Source: Felis catus (Eukaryota). From it: 64,000 nt of DNA. The DNA lies in contig NC_058368.1 of NCBI RefSeq assembly GCF_018350175.1, forward strand, positions 1,736,001 through 1,800,000, written 5' to 3'. The notes under the pieces were generated by a model. The model saw only the letters and a list, made by a program, of their open reading frames with translations. It had not been told where the DNA came from and ran no database searches. Both the position numbers and the translations under genes were made by a program. Below, one piece after another: positions 53,101 to 64,000 of this stretch (position 1 is its first letter; the number at the start of each line of letters is the position of its first letter).

Positions 53101-53264
53101 AAGCCACTAAGCTGTCTGTACTTTGGCTTTAACCTGTACTTAGGTGAGGAGAGCGGATTTTAGACAGGTTCTAAGATTTCTTCCCAGGACAAATCCACAG
53201 ACTCAAGTTGGCAAAGGCATCCCGAGCCCTGGCAACAAGGAAGTCACGATGAGACGCTGTATTC

Positions 53265-53270
53265 TTTATT
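53265..53270 (-). terminator. EEF1AKMT1: EEF1AKMT1 poly(A) signal
   Basis: TTTATT on the + strand (AATAAA on -), about 120 nt past the stop codon. Confidence 0.75.
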
Positions 53271-53392
53271 TTGGAAATCAGGCCAGAGCCAGCCCCGTTC
53301 TAGGGGACAGGAGGAAGTGATAGCTTTTCAATCTACCAAGGGAATAGTGAGAGAGAAACGTCACATAGGATCCTTTACTGTTATGTTACTAT

Positions 53393-53535
53393 CTACACTG
53401 AGATTTCACGGTCTAGTCCAGAATCATAATTCACATAACAGCGAAACTCATTTCCCAAGGTCCGGGTGTGTTTTGGAATAAATTTGCACATCTTCACGCC
53501 AAGAAGTTTCGCTGCCTCTTCTTCCATGACGGCAC
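53393..53535 (-). CDS. EEF1AKMT1: EEF1AKMT1 terminal coding exon
   Basis: Acceptor ttcccttcag|GT. Translates (G)[46 protein letters not shown]. The phase matches the previous exon. Confidence 0.96.
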
Positions 53536-53734
53536 CTGAAGGGAACAGACCCAGTGAACTCGAAGCCTGAAATACCAACCACTGTGCCACCACGAGTGGT
53601 GAGGGGTTCTAGACTAGAATAGGCGAGGTAATGAGATGATCATATCACTCAATAAATATGGGGGAAGGTCAATTCTTTATATCCTTTTTCACTTTCTCCA
53701 ACAAATTTGCAAATTACCTACTTTTTTCCTTTTT

Positions 53735-53962
53735 AATTAACATTTATTTTTTGCTTTAAGTTTTTTAAGTTTCTTTTGAGACAGAGCGTGTACATGCACC
53801 AGTGGGGGAGGGGCAGAGAGAGATGGAGAGAGAGAATCCCAGTCTCCACGCTCAGCTCGGCACGGAGCCTGACTCCGGGCTCGATCCCACGACCATGAGA
53901 TCATGACCTGAGCCGAAATCAAGAGTTGGTCGCTTAACCGACGGAGCCACCCAGGCGCCCCT
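53735..53962 (-). mobile_element. CanSINE in the last EEF1AKMT1 intron
   Basis: Reverse-complement head gagccacccaggcgcccc. Confidence 0.9.
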
Positions 53963-55199
53963 CCTTTATAATTTAAAAAATAGTTTTCCTACCTCTACAA
54001 AACTGAGACACTTAGAAATTTAGAAATAAAGGCACATTCCACAAAGTAACATAAGGAGAGTAAAAATAATTACTAGGAACTAGTGTTTTCCAACTTTGAG
54101 TCAAGAACCCCGCTCTCATTCACATCTAATCTTGCAAACTCATCGGAACTCATTCACACCAGCTTCTGGCTGACTGGTCCCCACGTCCCACCCACGGCCT
54201 GGCCCACGGCCACCGCTGTGGACACAGCCCCTGGGTGTCTCTGAGCACCTCTCCCGAGACACCCCACTGCAGAAAGTGCTTCTGCAGCTCACACAGGCAG
54301 GAGACCCAGGGTTCGCCCCAGATTCTCCCCTTCCCTCCACATCCGAGCATAGCGCATAGCGGACTCTTCTGCCTTCACCTGGCTCCACCCCCGCCCGCCT
54401 TTTTACTGCCACACCTTGTCCACGCCTGTCTCAGCTGGACACGCCCTCATAGGGCCTGCTCCCACCTGTGCCCTAAATCCTTTCCAGCACAGAGTGAAAG
54501 TGCACTTCTTGAGGCAAACTGGGTCCCATCGGTTGGGGGCCGACAGCTTTCAATGAAAGTCCCAACAATGGCAGCTGTCACCTGTAAGGGACCCTCTCGC
54601 CCCCTCCCCCCACTCCAGCCGTGCTACCTGCACACGCGATGGGGCAGGGCTCCCCGCATCCCTCTAAGAACCAGGGGGCCACAGGCCCTGGGGGCCACCC
54701 CTCGAGGTCTCCCCTGGAGTGCTACTCCTCCAAGAACCCCTGCCTGCCTGGCCTGAAGGACACCCCTCATGGTTCTCAGTGCCTGCCAGGCCCTTCTGAT
54801 TCTTTCACTACATTCTCAGAATTGGTCATCACCTCTCCCATCTGTTCGGTTACGTTTTTTCGCCTATCTTCTAAAACTAAAAGGTAGGCTCCACGAAGCC
54901 GGGGCCCCCGCCTGGCAGCTGGCACAAAGGGCTAGCAAACAACCGTTGAATTGATAACCCTTAGGTAAATATTACTTGTGACAACCAGAGTCACCTTCTT
55001 GACAATTCTCCAGCTTCAGGGACAAGAGACCCCCTGCAGCTCTGCTCGGCCCAGCCTGAGGAGCCCTGGACGCCAGCCGCCCCAAGGAGACAGACCATGA
55101 GGTAACGTTCTAGTTCTCCGCCAACGCTCCGCATGTCCACCTTAAGAAAGAACGCCACTCTCCCCAGTAAGAAAACTCTTCTGCTGGTGAGATCAATTT

Positions 55200-55515
55200 A
55201 ATCTACTGTCTAGCTCTGTAACCTTGGGCAATTCAGCTTAATGTTATCAATTCCACATTTCTCTCATCACATGTAAGGCTGGATCAAACGCTGCTACTAT
55301 TCCTGATGAGGGTGAGTAAAAATAACACTCAGAGCACACTCACCATGTGCCAGACCACACCCTGTGTGTATCATGTCACTTAATTCCAATAACGCTGAAA
55401 GGAGGGTAGTGTTACCAGTCCCGGTTTACAGATAAGGAAACCTGGCACAGAGAGACGGGTTATGTAACTTGCTTGAGGTCACATAGTGAGTGGTGGATTC
55501 AGGATTTGAGTTCTA
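55200..55515. mobile_element. MIR fragments in both orientations
   Basis: gctctgtaaccttgggcaattcagctt and tttacagataaggaaacctggcacagagag...aacttgcttgaggtcaca. Confidence 0.7.
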
Positions 55516-55594
55516 AGATTGCTTCCAACTCCTGGAACCTAAGACTGGAATATCTCCTGGTCAACATTCGTGAGTCGTGCAATCGGGCACCTAC

Positions 55595-55875
55595 CTGTGC
55601 ACAGCAGAATCTTGCCCCGAGTCAGATACTTGATAGTTTCTGACATTTTCCTGAGACATTCCTCGGAGAGATAGGGGGGATCTGCTATTACGATGTCAAA
55701 ACTGTGTGCAGCAACTTTTTCAGGTAAATCCAATGGATTATTGTAATCATAGAAGATAAACTCCTCTCCGTATATAGCAAATCTTTTGTCATATTCAAAG
55801 ATGTATATAGAAAAGTCTTCTCTGTGTAGCTCTCTCAGTTTCTGGTAAACACTGGGGGCGCTCACACAGGCTATT
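55595..55875 (-). CDS. EEF1AKMT1: EEF1AKMT1 penultimate coding exon (281 nt) with the DPPY motif
   Basis: Acceptor ttttctag|A. Translates [13 protein letters not shown]...FEYDKRF...[14 protein letters not shown]...KILLCT, with DPPY at 55671-55682. Donor G|gtaggt. Confidence 0.97.
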
Positions 55876-56266
55876 CTAGAAAACAAAAGGAACAAATTCA
55901 TGGAAGATCTTTAATGGAGAGCTACTGGAATTAAATAACAACTGCTTCACTAAAAAAAATAGGTCCTGTGTTCAGCTCTTCAAAGGGAATCACAGTGCAA
56001 GCTACTGTAAAGGCAGTAAATTTCAAGAGAAAACTATACTGTTTCGCTTTTAAGGAATACAGTGTTTAAAAATCCTGCAACTCATAAGGTATGAAAGGAT
56101 AAATAAATGTGCTTTTCTAGTAAAAAATGTAAAACATTAGGAACACATTAGCAAGAAAGTTAGAAAGCCCAAGGCTTAAATTTGCTTATTATTTTCATGT
56201 TGGTCCTCATTTCAACATTTATTTCAAATACTTTTAGTCTCAAATTAATTCTTTTGAAGTTACTTT

Positions 56267-56303
56267 TTAAAAAAATTTTATTTTTTTTAAGTATTTATTT
56301 TTG

Positions 56304-56334
<31 letters not shown>

Positions 56335-56493
56335 GTGAGCAGGGCAAGTGCAGAGAGGGAGGGGGACAGAAGATCCAAAGCAGGTTCCACACTGACAGCA
56401 CAGAGCCCGATGTGGGGTTCAAACTCATGAACTGCGAGATCATGACCTGAGCCGAAGTCAGATGTTCAACCAACTGAGCCACCCAGGAGCCCC
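56267..56493 (-). mobile_element. CanSINE
   Basis: Typical reverse-complement structure with (GA)n. Confidence 0.9.
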
Positions 56494-57662
56494 TGATGTT
56501 ACTTTGTAATATTCATAATCTAGGAAGAAAAATCCCAAATGATGCCTCAATAGCTCCAGTTTTCTGCAAAGATACCTTAAAATTCAATCACAGTACAGAC
56601 AAGCTGCTTTAAAACTAGCAGATGCATCTCTGAACAGAAACCATGTTCCACGGATCGGGTGGGTCCCCGTGCCCGGCAAAAAAGGCTTCTCAGCCCCAGG
56701 GCACTGAAGCGTGTGATACACTCTGGCGATGATACACACACTTCTATGGGAAACATGCGTGTCCCAGCCCAGGGACACAAGGGCCAGCGGGGCCCCCAGT
56801 CCAGGTGCTGCCAGAGCTCTGGTGAGGAGACAGGCAGAGGACGTGGGACGATGTCCTCACTGTGCTCAAAGATAACAGGCCACGACCCAGGCAAATATCT
56901 TCTGAGAAAGAGGGTGAACCACAGATAGTTTCAGACAAACAAAGTCCGAGAGTCTGTCACCACAGACCTGCACGCAATTCCAAAGCACGTACTTGGGGCA
57001 AAAGGAAAGTGGTCTGAGGTGCAACAGGGACTGAGAGCGGGATGGCGATGACCTTGGGGGAGGCAGTGACCTTTATCATGCAGCAGCAGGTCACCTTCCG
57101 CAGGGGATGCGACCGAGCCCTGGAGTCTCTCTTCACGATGGGGAGTATGATGGAGGCGTAAATGGGACGTCCCCCGAGAGCACGCAAACAGTGGAGAGGG
57201 CGCACAGTAAGGGCTCAATAAATGCCACTATTACTATTCATTTTGAATATTACGACAGAGCTCGAAAAAATACTGAAGATGCTTTTCAGAAAAAAATAAA
57301 TTTCTTCCAAAGCCCTTTATTAATGGAAAAAAAGAAAATATGTGTAAATACTGTCATTAAGAAGAACCCAATAAGCATCTCTATATAATGTTAAAAGAAA
57401 AAGAGCAGCAGAAACAAAAAAACCCAAAAAACTTAGGACTCCCAGTTTAAGAAGCAGACATCGCGCATTCATTTACATTTGCTCCCTCATGAAAACCTAC
57501 TAAATAAAACATGAGTAAAATTCTTTTGTTTTGTTGTTTAAGCATAAACCGCCAAGAGCAAAGAGGATTCAAGAGGAGACCAAAACAAACAAACAAAAAC
57601 CAAAAACCCCACAAAAACCAACCAGCCAACAAGACAAAAACCCCTTAAGAGGCAGAAAATCA

Positions 57663-57858
57663 GGGGCGCCTGGGTGACTCGGTAGGTTAAGCGTCAGACT
57701 TCGGCTGCCGTCGTGATCTCGTGGCTCCTGAGTTCGAGCCCCGCGCTGTGCTCTGGGCTGCCACTGCCGAGTCTGTCGGATTCTCTCTCTCTGCCCCTCC
57801 CCTGCTCGCTCTCCCTCTCAAAATAAAGAAGTAAACTTAAAAAAAAAAAAAAAAAAAA
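57663..57858 (+). mobile_element. CanSINE
   Basis: ggggcgcctgggtgactc head and an A tail. Confidence 0.9.
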
Positions 57859-58992
57859 GCAGAAAAGCAAAGGGATAGCTGGTATTTGGCTCAGTGGACC
57901 CAAAAAAGCCAAATCCCAAACTAGGTGTCATAGGTAAGCTGAGAAGCAACCTGGTTTACGTCCGAGGGCCCTCAGAGGCTCCGGAAGCTGCAGGACCAGG
58001 TCACTCAAGAAGTGGGGGTGAAGGTGGGGCTAGAAATAGGAGGGTTCATTGAAAGGTCTCTTTAAGAAGCTCGTTCCCGGGATTCTCTTCCCTACCCCAA
58101 GTCTCTAGGTGTCTGCCCCTCTGCGACTGTGACAGAAAACTTTCCCCAAACTGAAGGACCTGAGTTAAAAGAATGAAAGGTTCTCCAAGCAGTACAGATG
58201 AGAGCACCACAGCAAGACCCAACGAATCCTGGGATTAAGAGAAAACCCTAAGCTTGTAGTGGGCAGGGATGGGACAACACAGGTTTTCCTGTAAGAAATC
58301 AGAATGGCGTTGGTTTCTCAACAGCACCTACGGGCACCTGGAGGCAATGAAGCAATGCCCTCAAAACCTGGAAGAGATACCCAACAAAACTATCACAACC
58401 AAGGGGAAGGATAGAATAAAAGTATTTTAGACACGAAAGGTTTAACCACTTCCCTCCCATGTACCTTTTCTGTGGAAGCTATTGAAGGATGTACCAACCA
58501 AAGTAAGGCTATAAAGTAAGAACTAGGGTACAGGAAACAGGAACCCAGAACAAGAGAGAGGCAAAAGGCTCTGACGCATGATGGTGAAGGGAACACCAAG
58601 GTAAGTAAGACCTGTAGCAAAGCCAGAAATCAACGAGTCCAGATAAGAGCAGCTTGCAAAGCCTTGGGAGTAGCTTCCTTCACAGAGTTGGAACACGTCT
58701 GAATTTACTGATAGGAGATTCATGGAGCGTCTTAGAGTTAATTTATGATACGGACACAGAAATACATACAAAATAGAATTATTTTCTTCAGAAAAATGAA
58801 AAATTATACAGAAAAGGAAAAGAATAAGGTTCAACTGTGAAGAACATTTATGCTGGCATAATATAAACCCTGTTCTAACCAAGATTAGGATAAATCTATT
58901 AGGAGTGTGAACAAAAAGCATGCCTACTTGTGGCAGTTGTGGAGTATGAGAGAGAGCTAAATCCTCACGCTCCATAGTGAGAAGTCAAGAAA

Positions 58993-59762
58993 TGTGGGGA
59001 GTAAGCTTAGAAATTTCCCTGGGCTTGCACCAATGCGTTAACAAGGCATAGAGAATTACAAAGCCGTAGGATGTTCACACCCAAGTTTGGGTAAACAAGA
59101 TTAGGTGAATAAGGATAGAGAAGAGGGGCTAAGGCCCCCAGAATAAAGTGAGGGGGGGCAAAGGCCCCCAGAACAGAGAGGGGGGCAAAGGCCCCCAATA
59201 CCAAGGTATATGACGTAAGCGAGATTAGGTATTCAGGGCGGAAGTGCCCCCAATTTAGTACTACAGCAGAAAGGTGCCTTCACAGGAAGGAAGGACCAAG
59301 TTAGGTAAACAGGTAAACAGGGCTATAGACTGCTAGGCTGCAGGCTGCAGGTGAGGAGCTGATTCACAAAAGAAAGGTGCCTTGTTAACCCTGAGGTTAC
59401 TTGCTCTACCTGTCTCAGCCCCTAGGCTAGCTAAAATAAACAGAGGTGGGGCCTCATGTCCGCTGTAAACAACCTTCCGCTGGCCGGCCCCCAGGATTTT
59501 GTTTTGCATTAACCCAAACCCCTAAACCCGAATATCTTCAAGACCCCCTTTCCCTCGCGTCCATGAGTTAATGTTCACAGATTCATTGTCTCTGTGCACG
59601 TCCACCACCATGTTTGTAAGCCTTCTGATCCTAATAAAAACGGAGCGAGGACCCTTATTCAGGGCTCTTGTCCTTTCCCGGACAATAGTCATCTCTCGCT
59701 TTTAATCCTGCATCCGCTCTCTTGCTGGACAAGAGAGTACTTTAGACTTAGAGTCTATGACA
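58993..59762 (+). mobile_element. Solo LTR of an endogenous retrovirus, class II (ERVK/betaretrovirus-like), 770 bp
   Basis: Starts TGTGGGG and ends CA. Perfect 6-bp TSD AAGAAA at 58987-58992 and 59763-59768. AATAAA at 59633-59638. Internal U3-like tandem repeats. No PBS or internal sequence follows. Confidence 0.85.
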
Positions 59763-60048
59763 AAGAAATAACGTCTACAAGCAACAGGTCAAGAAGTGCC
59801 AATATAAACATATATTTAGAAATATGGTTGTAAATGCCAAAAGCGTCCCTGAAAGGGAGCAGGGAAGGGGAGGGGAGTGCACAAGGGGCAAATGAGCAAC
59901 GTGGATATGGTTTCTGAACAAGCCTGGTAGGACCATTTGACGTTAAATTATATGCATGTGAAAATTTTGATAAAAACTGAAGTGACAAAAAAGAAAACCT
60001 TTATTTTTAAAACTTCAGAAGTCAAACATTAAGATTTTTTTTCTTTTA

Positions 60049-60267
60049 GGGGTACCGGGGTGGCTCAGTTGGGTAAGTGACCGACTGCAGCTCAGGTCAT
60101 GATCTTACAGTTGCTGAGTCCGAGCCCCGTGTCATCGGGCTCTGCGCGCTGACAGCGCGGAGCCTGATTTGGATCCTCTGTCTCCCTCTCTCTTCCTGCC
60201 CCTCCCCAGCTCGCGTGAGCGCATGCTCTCGCTCTCTCTCTCAAAAATAAATAAACATTAAAAAAAC
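60049..60267 (+). mobile_element. CanSINE
   Basis: Typical head, body and tail, with a degenerate TSD attttttt(t)ctttta. Confidence 0.88.
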
Positions 60268-60559
60268 AATTTTTTTTCTTTTTAAAAGGAAAACAAACTT
60301 TAGGAATATAAAGGTAAGAAACAGATTAGAAAATGTTAAAATAAAGAAGAGGTAGGGTATCTTACAATGAACGGATTTCTGTATTCCTGTTTAGGAACTG
60401 AGTTTTCAGCACTGGAGCAGTTCTCAATTTATCATGTCCTGCAAACCACGGACTACAGCTACGGTTCCCACTTCTTATAAACCATTGCTCATTTTGGAAG
60501 GACGTATTCAGTATCAATTTAGATAAGAAGACAAAAGAGAAACAAAATCTAGACCTTAC

Positions 60560-60642
60560 CTGCCACATTCTCCCGCGGCTGCAATGGCTTCCTTGGCAAG
60601 TCGCAAAGCGGTCTCCTGGCTGTACCAAAACTGGCTCAACTG
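60560..60642 (-). CDS. EEF1AKMT1: EEF1A lysine methyltransferase 1 (N6AMT2), internal coding exon (83 nt)
   Basis: On the minus strand, tgttacag|CAG TTG AGC CAG TTT TGG TAC translates QLSQFWYSQETALRLAKEAIAAAGECG(R). Donor AG|gtaagg in phase 2. The N-terminal exon(s) lie beyond the window end. Confidence 0.95.
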
Positions 60643-61349
60643 CTGTAACAGAGCAATGACTTGAAATCAGTTGAGAACTGCCATACATTCCGTCCTTTTA
60701 ATTTACGTCTACCACTCCAATGTGCATACATTTCAAGTGTTTTTTTCTTTTTAAAACTAACTATTCTTTGGAATTATTTTAAAGTAACAGAAGGCCCTAA
60801 TTACTGGAATCTAGGCATTGAGCACCAGCGGCTGCTGACACCACAGAAGGAGACAACGGTCAACGTTTCTGCTGGTGGAAGAACATACTCCCGCCTTTGT
60901 GTGACTCTTGCCCCCAAAAACTGAACCTGAGTCTGATTAAGCCTCTAGGATCAACTACCCACTAGCAGAACCACAAATAGAGGATGGAAGAACGTGTGAA
61001 ATACCACCACAGGGATGAGAGGAGCGAAACCCAGTCCGTGGTCCTTTTCCACCGCCTCCTCTCTTTACCTTATGAGGACTTCCCGAGTTACTTGTCTTTT
61101 CCCTTAGGGGTAAGCTGTCATCCTGCTCCTTCTCTTCACGCTGGTTACCGATTTTCTTTCAACTTTTTAGTGATCCTTAATCATCCACTCACGTTTCTAA
61201 ATTAAATTTTAAAGGGGAAAAGTGGATTCTCCTGCAATGGAATAGGCCCATTTCTCCAGCAGGCCTCCCTCTGGAATGGCCGTGCCAGGAGCCAGTGGTG
61301 GGAGGAGGCAAGTGTGTGCGGCCAGTGTCCGCTGATGGCTCTTAAATCC

Positions 61350-61735
61350 AGTTTTAAAAACATTTCCAAAACATATGATCATTTCAACAAGTGCAAAAAA
61401 AAAAACATTTAACAAAGTTCAACACCACATGATTAAAAAAAAAAACCTCTTAGAAAAGCAGGAATAGTAAGGAACTTCTTTAAACTGATACAAGGCATCG
61501 AGAAAAAACCAACAGCCTTACAAAAATGAAAGATCTATTTTTCCCCATAAGATAAGAAAGAAGGCAAGAATGTCTGCTTTCAATATTCTCATTCAACATT
61601 CTACTGCAAGATCCAGCCATTGCATTAATGCAAGAGAGGAAATAAGCGAGTGACAGTCAAAAAAGAAGTAAAACTGCTAACATTTGCACATTGTGTGACT
61701 GTTTACCTAGAAAACACCAAGGCAGATAAATGTTT
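61350..61735 (+). mobile_element. Old L1 ORF2 (reverse transcriptase region) fragment
   Basis: catatgatcatttcaacaagtgcaaaaaaa..catttaacaaagttcaacac and aaggcaagaatgtctgctttc...attcaacatt. Confidence 0.75.
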
Positions 61736-62217
61736 CTGAAGACAGAATGTACATATTCATTTGGATATATGTGAATATGAATTCACGTCTAAACATTCTC
61801 AGCTGCAGGAAAATGCCAAGCCCCGGCCCTCTTTGCTTAGGAAGCTGGAGGAAAGCCCTAGCACACGTGTACATGGTGTGGGGGTGGGGGGTGGTGGTGT
61901 TCTACTTCACTTGATCTGGGTAGAGTTTTCGACAGTTGGCTACCAAGCTGCCCTTCTCCCTCACTCCAGCCTTGTCAGGGCACAGGTGTATGTTTTGGCT
62001 CTCCTCATACCCTTCTAAAAAATAAAAATCTTCCTTTTAATCAATGTGTTGCATAAACATGGCTTTCAAAGTCAAATGCACTACTAGGCTTACAAAGAAA
62101 AACAACAGTCCCTGCCCCACGTCTCCCCACCAGTGAGTTCCACTCCTCAGAAGCACCTTTCCAACTCTTCCTTTGATCATCTGTCTCCATATTTCCAAAT
62201 ATTATGCTTTAAATGCT

Positions 62218-62328
62218 CTTTTTAAAAGTTTATTTTTTGAGTGATCTCTACGCCCAATGTGGGGCATGAACTCACGACCCCAAGACTGAGAGTTGCACAC
62301 TTTCCCAACTGAGCCAGCGAGGCACCCC
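62218..62328 (-). mobile_element. Short tRNA-Lys-derived CanSINE
   Basis: tctctacgcccaatgtggggcatgaactcacgacccc...actgagccagcgaggcacccc, with TSD taaatgct on both flanks. Confidence 0.82.
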
Positions 62329-64000
62329 TAAATGCTATCTCTTGATTTTTCCACTTTATACAATGTATTATATTATGACAGATGAGGATATTGCTCTGTC
62401 ATGCACACACTTCTCTGTCCCTCATGCTCCCCATATGGTTGTAACCTGTTTCTGGTTAAAATCATTGCCAGTGTTCATTGTGGGGCCAAATGACACATTT
62501 CCTTCTAGGATGGAACCTTTTATTCTTCCTAGACTTAATAAATGTATCATTTGCTTGTTTCTCTGAGCCAACCTCTAAATCTTCCAATATACTCTGGCAG
62601 CTTCAGAGAAGCAGTGTCCCGGAGGCCAATACCATGAGATTTGCTGTATCTAAAATGTTTTTATTTTATCCTGCACATTTGAGTATGCTGAAACCTGGGC
62701 TGAACAAAATTCTACTCCCAATACCGAAGACACTGCCCCACTTTTTTCTAGTTTCTAACAAAGCTACTGAGAAGTGTGGTGTGACTCATCCTGAGACTTT
62801 GTAGGTGACCTGCTTTTCCTCTGGAAGGTTCTAAGACCTTGTCACCTGCATACAGAATTTTCAGAGTCCTGTAACCATGCATCTTCGTGAGAATCTTCAG
62901 GTCTGGGAAATTTTCTAATGTTCCCCTTTGAAGATTTCCTCTCCCCTTTATTTTCTGTTCTAGTTTTCTAGAATTCCATCCATTAGTTAAATACTGAGCC
63001 TCCTGGATTCATCCTCTAGTTGTACAAAATGTTTTCTTTCCAGCACTTGCATCATTCTCTCTTTCTCTTTTTGCTTCCTAGGAGATTTCCTCAATTTTAT
63101 ACACAAAACAAAACAAAAGAAAGTATCAAAATTATAAAAATACTTAATTCTAAGTAGTGGGATTAGGAATAACTTATTTTTGTGTTCATGTTTTTACATT
63201 TTTCTACAACAACCATGGATTACTTTTAGAATCAGAAAAAAAAAAGCACATAATATTTAAAACATTAAGCAGAGGGAGAGGGAGAAAGAATAATGCGGTC
63301 CTTCAGGTTTCTGATACTCACCACCTACAAAAGCATCCAGCTACAAGGCAAAAGCATGTAAAGAAGGGGAACTGTTAAAAAGAGGCTTTTGTGTAGGTGG
63401 AAAATTTAGTGTAAATGTAAAGAAACATTTTTATCGAGTCAGTTTCAAACAGATGGTAAATAGGAGAATTTAATACAACTTAAGAGATCCAAACTCGACA
63501 CAAAATGTAAAAGGATGTTGAAAAAAAAAAAAAAGAGTGTGAGAGATTCCTTCTAGGTGGGAAGTGATGGACAGAGACAAGCCCACTACCGAGGGGCAGG
63601 CACAGACAAAAAGCCCAAGCTTTGTGTATCTCCTTCAAACGGTCTCCTTCAAAAGCTTACACTTCTAGGTTCTAGCTTAGGTTAGTTTCCCTCCACTCAT
63701 TTAATTAATTCCCATTTTTAATTCCCATTTTTATTTATACCATAAAAATATAATTTAAATACATACTATGCACCAGAACCTATTAATATCTTTTTCAGAA
63801 CTCCCTTTCATCTTTTTTCATTGCACATTTAAATGAGTTTCATTGCACGTTTAAATTAGTTACCCCATTTACCGCAGTATTATATTTTACCCCCTCCACA
63901 AGGATAATGGGCACCAGAAAAACCAACCGCAAGTGTCTGTGCACAGAAGGAAGCACAAGTTTGTGTTGGTCACAAGTGACATGTTGTCCCCCTGTCTGAA

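Noticed and set aside
59120..59200. Palindromic repeats with short spacers superficially resembling a CRISPR array
   Set aside because: There are only three units, the spacers are short and similar to each other, the context is eukaryotic, and the repeats sit inside an LTR U3.

Overview
This is mammalian genomic DNA from a carnivore, most likely a felid, judged by abundant CanSINE/SINEC_Fc-type SINEs and carnivore L1 3' ends. It covers the conserved IFT88 - IL17D - EEF1AKMT1 (N6AMT2) block. On the + strand it holds the last two coding exons of IFT88 (19438-19548, 19788-19909), joined by a non-canonical GC-AG intron, and the complete IL17D coding region (29639-29928 + 47022-47340, 202 aa). IL17D probably also has a 5-codon first coding exon at 29268-29282, which would give 209 aa. 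On the - strand it holds the last three coding exons of EEF1AKMT1 (60560-60642, 55595-55875, 53393-53535), convergent with IL17D. The rest is intron or intergenic DNA packed with SINEs, L1, L2, MIR and hAT-Charlie fossils, microsatellites and three CpG-rich islands. The most notable non-gene item is a clean 770-bp ERVK-like solo LTR with a perfect 6-bp TSD inside an EEF1AKMT1 intron. Ancient repeats here also look shifted from AT to GC, which suggests GC-biased gene conversion. I found no evidence for a wholly new biological system. Gene and repeat family names come from recalled sequences, not database searches, and repeat boundaries without a stated TSD are approximate.
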